This document shows, in pieces, positions 42,096-52,547 of a stretch of DNA of 64,000 nt. This DNA is from Candidatus Limnocylindria bacterium. Its GTDB lineage: Bacteria > Chloroflexota > Limnocylindria > QHBO01. The notes beneath the pieces are model-generated. The model worked only from the letters and a program-made list of their open reading frames with translations, was not told the DNA's origin and searched no databases. Position 1 is the first letter of the stretch. The number at the start of each line of letters is the position of its first letter. The stretch lies in assembly GCA_036274575.1 (NCBI GenBank), contig DASUFJ010000131.1:4262-68261 (forward strand), read 5' to 3'. The position numbers and the translations under genes are program-made.

Positions 42096-44177
42096 ATGCA
42101 ATCGAGCCGGGCCCTCGCTCCCGAGGATCTCAACCGGCCGATCCGCAGCGTGCTCCCGAACCTGGCACGCGGCACGGCGGCGCTCGGCCGCGTGGGGATC
42201 ACGACGCCGCGAGAGGCGCTCTGGTACCTGCCGTTCCGCTACGACGACTTCAGCTCGCTCCAGTCCGTCCGCGACCTCGTGCCCGACGAGAAACAGTCGG
42301 CGCGCGTCCGGGTCGACACCGTCCGCACCGAACCGGGGTTCGGGAAGCGCCCGCAGCGCGTGATTGCGCAGCTCAGTGACGAGACGGGCAGCGCCGAGGC
42401 GATCTGGTTCGGGCGCCGCTACGTCGAGCGCCGGCTCAGCGCCGGCGACGAGATCATCGTCTCGGGCAAGGTCGTCCAACGGGGCTGGCGGCCGCAGTTC
42501 ACCTCGCCGGAGTTCAGCCCGGTGGGGCGGGACTCGGTCCACACCGCCCGCGTCGTCCCGGTCTACCACCTCAGCACCGGCATCACCCAGCGCCGGCTCC
42601 GGGAGCTGCTGGCGCGGATCCTGGAGGCGGCGCTCCCGGCGGTGGAGGATCCGCTGACCGATGCGGAGCGCAAGGGCCTTCGACCGCTGGCCGAGGCCCT
42701 CCAGGTCGCGCACTTCCCCGAGGAGCTTGTCGACGTCAGTGATGCACTCGACCGCCTCGCGTTTGACGAGCTGCTCGCGCTCCAGCTGACGCTCGTCGAG
42801 GCGCGGAACGCGCGCGAGGGCCTGGCCGCGCCGCGCATCCACGTAACGGACGCCGACCGCGCGGAGATCGTCGCCGCCCTCCCGTTCACCCTCACTGCGT
42901 CACAGGCAACCGCAACCGACGAGATCCTCGCAGACCTCGATGCCGAGCGCCCGATGCGGCGCATGCTTCAGGGCGACGTCGGCAGCGGGAAGACCGCGGT
43001 GGCGGCGATCGCGCTCGCCGCGGCCGTGCGATGCGGCTGGCAGGCCGCGCTGATGGCCCCGACGGAGATCCTGGCGCGCCAGCACCATGCCGGACTGGCG
43101 CCGCTGCTCGATGGGCTGGGAGTCCGTGCCGTCTTCCTGTCCGGATCCCTGCCGGTTGCTCAGAAAAGGGCGATTCACGACGCCATCGCGGACGGTGCCG
43201 CGGAGGTCGTGATCGGCACGCACGCGGTCATCAGCGATGCGGTCACGTTTCCGCGGCTCGCCCTCGCCATCGTCGACGAGCAGCATCGCTTCGGGGTCGG
43301 GCAGCGCGCCGCGCTCCAGGCGAAGGGTGCAGGAGGCGAGCCGCACCTCCTGGCGCTGACGGCGACGCCCATCCCGCGCACGCTGGCGCTGACCGTCTAT
43401 GGCGACCTCTCGATCAGCACGCTGCGCGAGCTGCCACCGGGGCGTCAGCCGATCCGCACCGAGGTCCGCGACCGGCGCGCGCTGCCGAAGATCGAGGCCT
43501 TCATGGCCCAGGAATCCGCGGCCGGCCGGCAGACCTTCGTCGTCGTCCCGCTCATCCTCGAGTCCGACGCGCTCCAGGCGGCGAGCGCCGAGGCGGAGGC
43601 CGAGCGCCTGCGCGCGGCGCTGCCGAAGCTCCGCATCGGCCTGGTCCACGGACAGCAGCGCGCCGACGAACGCGACGCCACGATGGCCGCCTTCGCCGCC
43701 GGAGAGATGGACGTCCTGGTCGCGACCACGGTCGTCGAGGTCGGGATCGACGTGCCCAACGCCTCGGTCATGCTCATCGAGGATGCGGAGCGATTCGGGC
43801 TGGCACAGCTCCATCAGCTCCGCGGGAGGGTGGGCCGTGGTCCGCATCGGTCGTACTGCATCCTCCTGTCGGACGCCACCGACGAGCTGTCGGCCGAGCG
43901 GCTCGAGGTCGTGCGCGGCTCGCGTGACGGGTTCGAGATCGCCGAGCAGGACCTCCGACTGCGCGGCGCCGGCAACCTGGTGGGAACCCGCCAGTCGGGC
44001 CTGCCGCCACTCCGGGTCGCCTCGCTGTTCGAGCCACGCCACCTGAAGCTGGCCGAGCGAGCGCGAACGCTGGCCGAGCGCGTTCTCGCCGAGGATCCGA
44101 CGCTGGGACGTCGTCCGGCGCTCGCCCAGCTGCAGGCCGACTTCGCGGTGCCCGAGGCGGAGGGCGACGCGGCCTGA
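42096..44177 (+). CDS. recG: ATP-dependent DNA helicase RecG
   Basis: LQGDVGSGKTAVA, IVDEQHRFGV, LTATPIPRT and the wedge-domain N-terminus. The listed ORF 41715.. is a 5' extension across rpmB. Confidence 0.9.
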   Translation: MQSSRALAPEDLNRPIRSVLPNLARGTAALGRVGITTPREALWYLPFRYDDFSSLQSVRDLVPDEKQSARVRVDTVRTEPGFGKRPQRVIAQLSDETGSAEAIWFGRRYVERRLSAGDEIIVSGKVVQRGWRPQFTSPEFSPVGRDSVHTARVVPVYHLSTGITQRRLRELLARILEAALPAVEDPLTDAERKGLRPLAEALQVAHFPEELVDVSDALDRLAFDELLALQLTLVEARNAREGLAAPRIHVTDADRAEIVAALPFTLTASQATATDEILADLDAERPMRRMLQGDVGSGKTAVAAIALAAAVRCGWQAALMAPTEILARQHHAGLAPLLDGLGVRAVFLSGSLPVAQKRAIHDAIADGAAEVVIGTHAVISDAVTFPRLALAIVDEQHRFGVGQRAALQAKGAGGEPHLLALTATPIPRTLALTVYGDLSISTLRELPPGRQPIRTEVRDRRALPKIEAFMAQESAAGRQTFVVVPLILESDALQAASAEAEAERLRAALPKLRIGLVHGQQRADERDATMAAFAAGEMDVLVATTVVEVGIDVPNASVMLIEDAERFGLAQLHQLRGRVGRGPHRSYCILLSDATDELSAERLEVVRGSRDGFEIAEQDLRLRGAGNLVGTRQSGLPPLRVASLFEPRHLKLAERARTLAERVLAEDPTLGRRPALAQLQADFAVPEAEGDAA

Positions 44178-44719
44178 TGCGCGTCATCGCCGGATCGGCG
44201 CGCGGGGTCACGCTGACGGCGCCTCCAGGCAAGGGCACGCGCCCGATCACGGACCGGGTGAAGGAGGCGCTGTTCGGCATCCTCGGCGGGCGGGTGCCGG
44301 ACGCCCGCGTGGTCGATCTCTACGCCGGGAGCGGCGCGATCGGGATCGAGGCTCTCTCGCGAGGCGCAGGCGCAGCCACCTTCGTCGAGGCCGACGGGCG
44401 AGCCGTGGCGACGCTCCGCGACAACCTCCGACGCACGGGCCTCGCCGAGGATGCGACCGTCGTCGGGATGCAGGTGGAGGCGTTCCTCGGCGGCACCGAG
44501 CTCGGACCATGGGACCTTGCGGTCCTCGATCCGCCGTACGAGACGCGTGCTATCGTGGCGCCGCTTCGCGCCCTCGTGCCGCACCTGGCTCCGGGCGCAT
44601 CGGTCGTGATCAAGCATTTCTGGCGCACCGAGCCTCCGGAGGTGGAGGGCCTGGCGGTCGTTCGGCAGCGTCGGTTCGGCGAGACGATGCTCACCTTCAT
44701 CGAGCTGGAGACGGCATGA
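44177..44719 (+). CDS. rsmD: 16S rRNA (guanine966-N2)-methyltransferase RsmD
   Basis: RPITDRVKEALFGIL, DLYAGSGAIGIEALSRGA and VLDPPY. Confidence 0.8.
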   Translation: MRVIAGSARGVTLTAPPGKGTRPITDRVKEALFGILGGRVPDARVVDLYAGSGAIGIEALSRGAGAATFVEADGRAVATLRDNLRRTGLAEDATVVGMQVEAFLGGTELGPWDLAVLDPPYETRAIVAPLRALVPHLAPGASVVIKHFWRTEPPEVEGLAVVRQRRFGETMLTFIELETA

Positions 44720-45213
44720 CGCGGATCGCGGTCTTCCCGGGGTCGTTCGACCCGATGACGAACGCCCATCTCGACGTCGCTCGCCGAGCGTCCGGCCTGT
44801 TCGATCGCCTCGTCATCGGCGTGCTCAACAACCCGAAGAAGAAGCCAATGTTCGATATCGACGAGCGGGTCGACCTCATCCGGCGCTGCGTCGCCGATCT
44901 CGGCGAGCACGTCAACGTCGCCGCCTTCGACGGCCTCACCGTCGAGTTCGCCCGCGCTCAGGGGGCGGGCTTCATCGTCCGTGGCCTCCGCGCGGTGAGC
45001 GACTTCGAGGCCGAGCTGCAGATGGCGCTGACGAACCGAAAGCTGGCCCCGGAGGTGGACACGACGTTCCTCATGACGGCGCTCGAGTTCGGCTACGTGA
45101 GCAGCTCGCTGGCGAAGGAGGTCGCCCAGTTCGGCGGCGACGTGACGCCGATGCTCCCCGGGCCGGTTGCCGAGGCCCTGACCCAGCGGCTGGCCGCAGG
45201 TTCACGCGCGTAG
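44716..45213 (+). CDS. coaD: Phosphopantetheine adenylyltransferase
   Basis: IAVFPGSFDPMTNAHLD and ISSSL-like YVSSSLAKEV. ATGA overlap with rsmD. Confidence 0.9.
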   Translation: MTRIAVFPGSFDPMTNAHLDVARRASGLFDRLVIGVLNNPKKKPMFDIDERVDLIRRCVADLGEHVNVAAFDGLTVEFARAQGAGFIVRGLRAVSDFEAELQMALTNRKLAPEVDTTFLMTALEFGYVSSSLAKEVAQFGGDVTPMLPGPVAEALTQRLAAGSRA

Positions 45214-45221
45214 GCCGCGCG

Positions 45222-45227
45222 TATAAT
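45222..45227 (+). promoter_or_regulatory. Candidate -10 hexamer TATAAT after coaD
   Basis: A perfect consensus hexamer in GC-rich context, followed by AAGGAGG (45236-45242). Confidence 0.45.
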
Positions 45228-45250
45228 CCGCAGCCAAGGAGGGCGCGGCC

Positions 45251-45781
45251 ACGGACATCATCTTCCTCGTCGAGCGGCTGGAGTCGTTGGTCGCCGCGGG
45301 CAAGAAGCTGCCCCTGACCAACAACGTCGTGCTCGACCAGGCTACGGTCCTGGAGCTGATCGATCAGCTGCGCACCTCCGTTCCCGAGGAGGTCCGCCAG
45401 GCGCGCCGCATCACCGAGGACGCCGGGCGGATCACCGACCGCGCCAAGGAGGAGGGGGAGACGATCGTCGCGCGCGCCCAGGAGCAGGCGGCCCAGATGC
45501 TCGAGGAGCGGGAGCTGGTGCGCGCCTCCCAGCAGCGCGCGGCAGAGATCCTGGACCAGGCGCAGGACGAGGCACGCGAGGTCCGGCGCGGTGCCGACGA
45601 GTATGCCGCCGGCGTCCTCATCCGCCTCGAAGGCGAGTGCATCAAGGCGCTGACGAGCATCAAGCGCGGCATCGACATGCTCGACGAGCGTCATCGGACC
45701 GCGTCGGACGACGGGGTGACGCCGGTCACGGAGGCGGGCGTCGCCGATTCGGAGGAGCAGGCCCAGACCGCTCCCCGCTGA
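45251..45781 (+). CDS. Conserved coiled-coil protein (ATPase-subunit-b/G-like helical protein found near coaD/yceD); start codon unresolved
   Basis: The frame is open from 45227. (T)DIIFLVERLESLVAAGKKLPLTNNVVLDQATVLELIDQLRTSVPEEV matches the N-terminal pattern MDI..L.D.LE.L...GK.[IV]P.T....VD I recall for this family. The only canonical start is TTG 45287, which would truncate that block. ACG 45251 lies 8 nt after AAGGAGG. Confidence 0.55.
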   Translation, partial: TDIIFLVERLESLVAAGKKLPLTNNVVLDQATVLELIDQLRTSVPEEVRQARRITEDAGRITDRAKEEGETIVARAQEQAAQMLEERELVRASQQRAAEILDQAQDEAREVRRGADEYAAGVLIRLEGECIKALTSIKRGIDMLDERHRTASDDGVTPVTEAGVADSEEQAQTAPR

Positions 45782-46329
45782 TGACCGCGTTCAACGTCGC
45801 GGGGCTCCTCCACGAGCCACCCGGTGCCGTCCGTGAAGCGCGCCTGCGCGATCACTACGTCACCCTCGGACCCGACGTCCAGCTGGCCGGCCCGCTCGAC
45901 GCCGATCTCCGCCTCCAGCGCACGAACCGCGGGATCCTCGTCCGGGGCGAGCTTCGCGCGCCGCTGCGCCGCACCTGCGCCCGCTGCACCGATGCGTACG
46001 TCGAGGAAGTCACCGTCCCGATCTCCGAGGAGTTCGTCCCCAGCGTCGACCCGCTGAGCGGCGTGCCGGTGTCGATCGGGGAGGGGGAGGAGGAGGCGGT
46101 GCAGCGCATCGACGAGCATCACGAGATCGACCTGGCGCCGACGTTCCACGACGAGCTGTCGCTCACCGAGCCGATGCACCCGCTGTGCCGTCCCGACTGT
46201 CCGGGCCTGTGCTCGACATGCGGCGAGAAGCTCGACCGGGGCGATCACGATCACGGCGATGAGGAGATCGACCCGCGGCTGGCCGGGCTCGCGGCACTGC
46301 TGGGCAACGGGGAGGATGGTCACCGCTGA
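45781..46329 (+). CDS. yceD: YceD/DUF177 family protein
   Basis: Located immediately upstream of rpmF, with Cys pairs CARC...CRPDCPGLCSTCG and an acidic C-terminus. TGATG junction with the upstream gene. Confidence 0.75.
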   Translation: MTAFNVAGLLHEPPGAVREARLRDHYVTLGPDVQLAGPLDADLRLQRTNRGILVRGELRAPLRRTCARCTDAYVEEVTVPISEEFVPSVDPLSGVPVSIGEGEEEAVQRIDEHHEIDLAPTFHDELSLTEPMHPLCRPDCPGLCSTCGEKLDRGDHDHGDEEIDPRLAGLAALLGNGEDGHR

Positions 46330-46364
46330 CCGGCGGCCGACTCGCCGACCACGGGCGCTCCGGC

Positions 46365-46370
46365 TATACT
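46365..46370 (+). promoter_or_regulatory. Candidate -10 hexamer TATACT (GGCTATACT) upstream of rpmF
   Basis: A copy of GCTATACT 37 nt before GTG 46408, with AAGGAG between them. Confidence 0.45.
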
Positions 46371-46407
46371 GCGGCGTCCCAGTTTTCATCGGTCAAGGAG
46401 TTTCCGC

Positions 46408-46611
46408 GTGGGCGTTCCCAAGCGAAAGGTTTCCAAGGCACGCCAGGGCGAGCGCCGCGCGCATCTCGCGATCAGCGCACCACCGCTCGTCGAGTGCGAG
46501 CATTGTCACGAGCTTCACCGCGCGCACCACGCGTGTCCCACCTGTGGCTGGTACAACGGTCGTGAGGCGGTCGCGATCGAGCCGGTCGCCCCAGCCGAAG
46601 GCCAGCGCTAG
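46408..46611 (+). CDS. rpmF: 50S ribosomal protein L32
   Basis: GVPKRKVSKARQGERRAH and the zinc ribbon CEHC...CPTCG. Confidence 0.9.
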   Translation: MGVPKRKVSKARQGERRAHLAISAPPLVECEHCHELHRAHHACPTCGWYNGREAVAIEPVAPAEGQR

Positions 46612-46618
46612 CTGACCG

Positions 46619-47689
46619 ATGCGCATCGCGGTCGACGCGATGGGTGGCGACCATGCCCCCCGCGAGATCGTCCGCGGCGCGATCCAGTACGCCACGTCCA
46701 CCGCGGCCGACGAGGTCATCCTCGTCGGTGACGTCCCGCGCCTCGAGCGTGAGGTCGCCGCGTCGGACATGCCGCGGCCTCTCAACCTGCGGTTCGTCGA
46801 CGCGCCGGAGGTCGTCGAGATGGGGGAGCATCCGGCCACCGCGCTCCGCACGAAGCGGCGCGCCTCGATCGTGGTCGCCACCGACCTCGTCCGGGACGGT
46901 GATGCCGACGCGGTCGTGAGTGCCGGCTCGACCGGTGCGACGATGGCGGCGGCGGTCTTCCGGCTTGGCCGGATCGAGGGGATCGATCGCCCGGCGCTTC
47001 CGGCGCACCTCGTGACGGCCACCGGGCCGATCATGCTCCTCGACGTCGGCGCCAACGTCGATTCTGACCCGGAGAACCTCGTCCAGTTCGCGGCGATGGG
47101 CGCGATCTTCGCCGAGCACGTGCTCAAGGTCGCGGCGCCGCGCATCGGCCTGCTGAACATCGGCGAGGAGCCGGAAAAGGGCGACGAGCTCGCGCGGGAG
47201 GCGCATGCCAAGCTTGCCGCGCTCGACATGCGCTTCGTGGGCAACGTCGAGGCGCACGACATGATCGCGCACCGCGCCGACGTGGTCGTGTGCGACGGCT
47301 TCGTGGGCAACGTGGTCATCAAGTTCTTCGAGGGCATCACGAGCTTCATCTTCCGCGCGCTGCGCGAGGACCTCCAGCAGGGCCCGGTGGCGCCGCTCGC
47401 ACTCCTGGCGCTCAAGCCCGGCTTTGACCGCATGAAGGCGCGCTTCGACTACGAGCGCTACGGCGGCGCCCCGCTCCTCGGCGTCCGGGGCGTGAGCATC
47501 GTCACGCATGGGCGGGCGAAGGCGACGATGATCGAGAACGCCATCCGCGTTGGCTCGGAGGCCGCCGCCGCCAGGGTCCCCGAGCTCATCGAGGAGTGGA
47601 CGCGCGAGCATCCGGCGCTGGCGCACCGTGGCGTCCGGTCGAGGATCGCCGCACGGCTCCATCGCGAGCGGCCGGCGAGCGCCTCGTGA
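46619..47689 (+). CDS. plsX: Phosphate acyltransferase PlsX
   Basis: MRIAVDAMGGDHAPREIV, NIGEEPEKG and VCDGFVGNVVIK. Confidence 0.9.
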   Translation: MRIAVDAMGGDHAPREIVRGAIQYATSTAADEVILVGDVPRLEREVAASDMPRPLNLRFVDAPEVVEMGEHPATALRTKRRASIVVATDLVRDGDADAVVSAGSTGATMAAAVFRLGRIEGIDRPALPAHLVTATGPIMLLDVGANVDSDPENLVQFAAMGAIFAEHVLKVAAPRIGLLNIGEEPEKGDELAREAHAKLAALDMRFVGNVEAHDMIAHRADVVVCDGFVGNVVIKFFEGITSFIFRALREDLQQGPVAPLALLALKPGFDRMKARFDYERYGGAPLLGVRGVSIVTHGRAKATMIENAIRVGSEAAAARVPELIEEWTREHPALAHRGVRSRIAARLHRERPASAS

Positions 47690-48138
47690 CGTCGACCTCG
47701 CGTCACGCTCGACCGCGCTCGTCTCCGGGCCTCCTGGCCCGTCGGCTCGCCCTCCTGGCCCTGTTCGAGGCCGAGTTCCGGCCGGGCAGCGCCCGGACGG
47801 CGCTCGACCGGATCGCGGCCGAACGCGACGTGCCTCCGGAGGTCGCCGCCCATGCCGCGGACATCGTCGAAGGGGTGGACGCGCATCGTCCGGAGCTGGA
47901 CGCCAGGATCGCCTCTGAGGCGCCGCTCATCCCCGTTCCTGAGCTCGGCAGAGTGGAACGTACGATCCTCCGGAGCGCCCTGTATGAGGTGCTATACTCC
48001 GCCGCGACCCCGAGCGGGGAACCGATGCGCGACGCGGTATCTCTCGCCCGGATCTACGCCGGCGACGCGGCTCGCCGCCTCGTGAATGGCGTCCTAGGAA
48101 GCGTTTCCAGATCGGGTGGAGGAGCCAGAAATCCGTGA
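47686..48138 (+). CDS. nusB: Transcription antitermination factor NusB
   Basis: [14 protein letters not shown]..., [15 protein letters not shown] and [12 protein letters not shown] fit the NusB helical pattern. GTGA overlaps at both ends. Confidence 0.7.
   Translation: MTSTSRHARPRSSPGLLARRLALLALFEAEFRPGSARTALDRIAAERDVPPEVAAHAADIVEGVDAHRPELDARIASEAPLIPVPELGRVERTILRSALYEVLYSAATPSGEPMRDAVSLARIYAGDAARRLVNGVLGSVSRSGGGARNP
47993..47998 (+). promoter_or_regulatory. Candidate internal -10 TATACT (TGCTATACT) inside nusB, upstream of acpP
   Basis: A copy of GCTATACT encoded with the rare Leu codon CTA, about 135 nt before the acpP start. Confidence 0.3.
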
Positions 48139-48377
48139 CTGACGGAACCACGTTCGACCGGCTCAAGAAGATCATCGTCGAACAGCTGGGGGTGGACGAG
48201 GAGGAGGTCACTCCACAGGCGTCCTTCGTCGAGGATCTCAACGCCGACTCGCTCGATCTCGTCGAGTTGATCATGAGCCTCGAAGAGGAGTTCGGGATGG
48301 AGATCTCGGACGAGGACGCGGAACGCATCCAGAAGGTCTCGGACGCCGTCGAGTACATCGAGGAGCACCAGCAGTAG
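48135..48377 (+). CDS. acpP: Acyl carrier protein
   Basis: [21 protein letters not shown], with the phosphopantetheine Ser in DSLD. Confidence 0.9.
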   Translation: MTDGTTFDRLKKIIVEQLGVDEEEVTPQASFVEDLNADSLDLVELIMSLEEEFGMEISDEDAERIQKVSDAVEYIEEHQQ

Positions 48378-48387
48378 CCGGCCGCCC

Positions 48388-49104
48388 GTGGAAGCGCCGC
48401 CCCTCCACGAGCTCTCCGAACGGCTCGGCATCGTCCCGCGTGACCCGGAGCTGGTCCGTCAGGCGTTCGTCCACAGCTCCTACTTCAACGAGAACCCTGA
48501 CGCCGTTCCCGGCCACAACGAGCGCCTCGAGTTCTACGGCGACGCGGTCATCGGCCTCACCGTAAGCCGCCTTCTCTACGACCAGTACCCCGACGAGGAC
48601 GAGGGCTTCCTGACCGCGCGGCGTGCCGCGCTGGTCAACCGGGACGCCCTCGCCGCCATGGCGCTCGATCTCGGCTTCGACCGCTACCTCCTGCTGGGCC
48701 GTGGTGAGGCCGATGCCGGTGGAGCCACCCGTCCCTCCGTCCTGGCCGCCTGCTTCGAGGCCCTGGCCGGTGCGCTGTCCCTGAGCGAGGGCACCGAGCC
48801 GACCGAGCGCGTCCTCGAGCGCCTCTTCGAGCCGCGGCTCGAGGCCCTGGCCGAGCTCGATGGGCCACCCAAGTCGGCGAAGTCGCGCCTCCAGGAATGG
48901 ACGCAGCGCCACCATGGAATGAAGCCGATGTACCACCTCATCAGCACGAGCGGACCGCCGCATGCCCAGCACTTCAGCGTCAGCGTCCTGCTCGACGGCC
49001 GGACTCTGGCCGACGGGTCGGGATCCAGCCGCCAGCGCGCCGAGGAGCAGGCCGCCGACGCGGCGCTGACGAGGCTCGAGGCCGAATCGGGCGCCGCCTC
49101 GTGA
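48388..49104 (+). CDS. rnc: Ribonuclease III
   Basis: NERLEFYGDAV signature and a C-terminal dsRBD (GSGSSRQRAEEQAA). Confidence 0.9.
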   Translation: MEAPPLHELSERLGIVPRDPELVRQAFVHSSYFNENPDAVPGHNERLEFYGDAVIGLTVSRLLYDQYPDEDEGFLTARRAALVNRDALAAMALDLGFDRYLLLGRGEADAGGATRPSVLAACFEALAGALSLSEGTEPTERVLERLFEPRLEALAELDGPPKSAKSRLQEWTQRHHGMKPMYHLISTSGPPHAQHFSVSVLLDGRTLADGSGSSRQRAEEQAADAALTRLEAESGAAS

Positions 49105-52100
49105 GCCGGTTGCGCGAGCTTCGGCTCCACGGGTTCAAGTCGTTTGCCGACCCCACGCGCTTCGTCTTCGAGCCGGGCGTCAATGCCGTCATCGGGCCGA
49201 ACGGTTCGGGAAAGAGCAATATGGCCGATGCCGTGCGCTGGGTGCTCGGCGAGCAATCGAACCGATCCCTCCGGACCCGGCGGGCGGACGACGTCATCTT
49301 TGCCGGCTCGGAGCAGCGCAAGGCGCAGGGGATGGCCGAAGCCATCCTCACCCTCGACAATGCCGACGGGTGGCTGCCGATCGACTTCGCCGAGGTCTCG
49401 ATTGGCCGTCGCGCCTATCGGTCCGGCGACAGCGAGTACCTCATCAACGGCGCTCGTGCCCGCCTGCGCGACGTCGTCGAGCTCCTCGGCGAGGGGCGGC
49501 TCGGCGCGAACGAGCTCGTCGTCGTGGGCCAGGGGACCGTCGACGCCGCGCTCTCGCTGCGACCCGAGGAGCGTCGTCAGCTGTTCGAGGAGGCGGCGGG
49601 CGTCAAGGGACTGCAGGTCAAGCGCAACGAGGCGTCGGTGCGGCTCGCCAGGGCCCTCGACAACCTGACCAGGGTGAGCGACCTGATCGGGGAGCTCAAG
49701 CCGCAGGCCCGGCGCCTCGAGCTCCAGGCGCAGCACCAGCAGGAGCACGACGGCCTCGTCGCTCGCGCCCGCGGGCTGGTGGAGGTGTCGCATCGTCGTC
49801 GTGAGAGCGCGGCGCGAGCGGCCCTCGGCGAGGCACGCCGCGCCTCGGCCGCGGCCGAGAGCGCGGTCGCGGCGCACCGCGAGGCGGACGCCACTCGCAG
49901 AGAGGCGCTGGCCGCGGCCGAGGAGCGGTACTGGCGGGCCGAGGACGCGGCCCGCGCGGCGGCCCGGGCGCGCGAGGAGACCCGCGAGGCCGTCATCCGT
50001 GCCGAGAGCCGGCTCGAGAACGTCGCGGCCCGGGTCGCGGAGCTGACGGCCGACATCACGCGCGACGAGGCGGCCTTGGCGGACGGGGAGCGGTCGCTGG
50101 GCCAGACCGATGCGGAGGCCGTGGCGGACGTCTCCCCGGCGCTCGCCGCGGCAGCCGAGGCCGAGGAAGCGTGGCGTCATGCCGTGGCCGACCTCGCCGT
50201 CGCGGACGAGGAGCTGCTCAACGCAGAGGAGGCGCTGGCCGCGGTGCGCGCGCGGGAGAGCGAGCGCATCGCCGCCGTGGCACGCGCCTCCGAAGAGGCG
50301 GCGCGTCGAGACGCCCGCCGCGACGAGGCCGAGCGAGAGGCCGGCGAGGTGGATGCCGCACTGACGTCACTGGCCGCGTCGATCGATGCGAGTCGCCAGG
50401 AGGAAGAGGCCGGCGCCGCCGCCCTCACCGAGGCCGTTGCCGTCCTCGCCACGGCATCGCAGGAGCGTGACGCCGCGCAGGCGGCCGCCGATGCGGCCCG
50501 CCAGGAGGCCCTGGAGATCGCCGAGCGGCTTCGCGCGGCCCGCGCGGAGCTCGAGGCGCTGGAGGAGCCGCTCGGCGCGGAAGCGAGGCTCGGCCGTCGG
50601 CTCGTCGCGGCGGGCTGGTCGTCGCTGCTGGATGCGATCGAGGCGCCGGAGGATGCGTGGCCGGCGGTCGAGGCCGTCGTCGGCGGCGGGCTCGACTCCG
50701 CGCTGGTGTGGGCCGACGGCGACCCCCGTTCGGCGATGGGGGACGCCCGCGGCGCCGCGCGACTGCTGGCGCTCAGTGGTCCCGACGGCGACGGGCGCGA
50801 GATGGCGTTGTCGGCGGTCGACGGCTCGCGAACCCTGGCCGACTGGGTCGGCGGAGCCGCCGCGCCGGTGGCCTTTCACCACACCGCGGTCGCCCGTGAC
50901 ATCGATGCGCTGATCGACGGATGGCGACGGCTGCCCGAAGGATGGTCGGCCGTGACGGCGGAGGGTGACTTCGCAGACGCGCGGGGCATCGTCGTGCTGC
51001 GCGGGCGTGCCGACCCACCCGGCGGATCCGCGGTCCGGAGCCATGCCCGACGACGTGAGCTCACCGCCGCTGTCGCGTCGATGGAGACAGCGGCGGCAGC
51101 CGCGCAACGACGCTCCCACGACGCGTCGGAGCGGCTCCGCGCCGCGCGTGACGCCCACATCCGCGCACGCGAGGCACACGAGGCTGCCGAGGCTCGCGTG
51201 CGACTGGCGCGGCGGGAGTCATCGGCGGCCGCCTCGGAGGCCGAGCGGCTCGAGCGCCGCCGCGACGAGCTGCGGTCGATGCTCGCGACCCTCCGGGAGG
51301 GCGACGCCACCGAGGCGGCCGCGACGGCACCGTCGGAGCTCGCGGATCTCCAGGCACGCGCTGATGCGGCGCGCACCCGACGAGACGAGCTCGCGGCGGC
51401 ACGCGATGGTGCGCGGGAGCGATGGTCGGCCACCAGACAGGAGGCTCAGGCGCTCGAGACGGCAACCGCCGGCCGCCGCCACGACCGAGCCACGAACGAG
51501 GCACGGGTCGCACAGCTCCGCGCCGCGCTCCCGGCGAAGGCGATCGCCCGCGATGCGCTGGAGGTCGAGCGGGCCGATCTCGAGGTCAGGGCCGGAGCGG
51601 CACGCGACGCCGATGCCGCGGCGGCGGCCTCGCTCGACGCGGGGGAGAAGCAGCGGGCGGAACTGCGCACAGCACTCCTCGAGCTCGAACGGGGCGAGGG
51701 CGACGAGGGCGTCCGCGCAGGTGAGCTGGAGCGCGCGGCACAGGCGACGGCCATCGAGGCATCGCGCCGTGAGGAGGCCGTCGCAGCGCTCGCGCGGGAG
51801 CGCGAGCTCGCACTCGACGGGCTGCCCGACACGGATCTCGCGCCGCCACTCGAGGAGATCGACGCGCTCGACGACGAGACGGTTGAGACCGAGCTGCGCC
51901 GCGTGCGCCGCACCCTGGCGCAGATCGGCTCGGTGAACCCGTTTGCCGTGGAGGAGCACGCCGAGGTCGCGGGCCGGCTCGAGGAGATGACGACCCAGGA
52001 CACCGACCTGCGGGCGGCGATCACTTCGACCGAGGAGCTCATCGGCCGCCTCGACGACGACATCGCCGAGCGCTTCGATGCCGCGTTCCGCGCCATCGGC

Positions 52101-52547
52101 GAGAGGTTCGACGAGTACTGCCGCCTGCTGTTCGCCGGCGGGTCGGCGTCGCTGCAGATGGCCGACGAGGCCGAGGGCGATGCGCCCGGCGGCATCGAGA
52201 TCGTCGTCCGCCCGCCCGGGAAGCGCCTCCAGCGGCTGGCGATGCTGTCCGGCGGGGAGCGAGCGCTCACCGGCGTCGCGCTCCTGTTCGCCATGCTCAC
52301 CGTCAACCCGGTCCCGTTCTGCATCCTCGACGAGGTGGACGCGGCGCTCGACGAGGCGAATATCGGGCGCTTCGCGGAGGCGCTGCGCAGGCTGGCCGAC
52401 TCGATCGACTTCGTCGTGATCACCCACAACCGGGCGACGATCGAGGTCGCCGACACGATCTACGGCGTGACGATGACCGATGCCGCCGTCAGCCGCGTCC
52501 TCTCCCTGCGCCTCGCGGACGTCCCCGTCGAGGCGGGAGCGTCCTGA
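49101..52547 (+). CDS. smc: Chromosome partition protein Smc
   Basis: [22 protein letters not shown], a long Ala/Glu/Arg coiled coil, a hinge, and LSGGERALT...[13 protein letters not shown] 49101 forms a GTGA overlap with rnc. Confidence 0.9.
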   Translation: MSRLRELRLHGFKSFADPTRFVFEPGVNAVIGPNGSGKSNMADAVRWVLGEQSNRSLRTRRADDVIFAGSEQRKAQGMAEAILTLDNADGWLPIDFAEVSIGRRAYRSGDSEYLINGARARLRDVVELLGEGRLGANELVVVGQGTVDAALSLRPEERRQLFEEAAGVKGLQVKRNEASVRLARALDNLTRVSDLIGELKPQARRLELQAQHQQEHDGLVARARGLVEVSHRRRESAARAALGEARRASAAAESAVAAHREADATRREALAAAEERYWRAEDAARAAARAREETREAVIRAESRLENVAARVAELTADITRDEAALADGERSLGQTDAEAVADVSPALAAAAEAEEAWRHAVADLAVADEELLNAEEALAAVRARESERIAAVARASEEAARRDARRDEAEREAGEVDAALTSLAASIDASRQEEEAGAAALTEAVAVLATASQERDAAQAAADAARQEALEIAERLRAARAELEALEEPLGAEARLGRRLVAAGWSSLLDAIEAPEDAWPAVEAVVGGGLDSALVWADGDPRSAMGDARGAARLLALSGPDGDGREMALSAVDGSRTLADWVGGAAAPVAFHHTAVARDIDALIDGWRRLPEGWSAVTAEGDFADARGIVVLRGRADPPGGSAVRSHARRRELTAAVASMETAAAAAQRRSHDASERLRAARDAHIRAREAHEAAEARVRLARRESSAAASEAERLERRRDELRSMLATLREGDATEAAATAPSELADLQARADAARTRRDELAAARDGARERWSATRQEAQALETATAGRRHDRATNEARVAQLRAALPAKAIARDALEVERADLEVRAGAARDADAAAAASLDAGEKQRAELRTALLELERGEGDEGVRAGELERAAQATAIEASRREEAVAALARERELALDGLPDTDLAPPLEEIDALDDETVETELRRVRRTLAQIGSVNPFAVEEHAEVAGRLEEMTTQDTDLRAAITSTEELIGRLDDDIAERFDAAFRAIGERFDEYCRLLFAGGSASLQMADEAEGDAPGGIEIVVRPPGKRLQRLAMLSGGERALTGVALLFAMLTVNPVPFCILDEVDAALDEANIGRFAEALRRLADSIDFVVITHNRATIEVADTIYGVTMTDAAVSRVLSLRLADVPVEAGAS

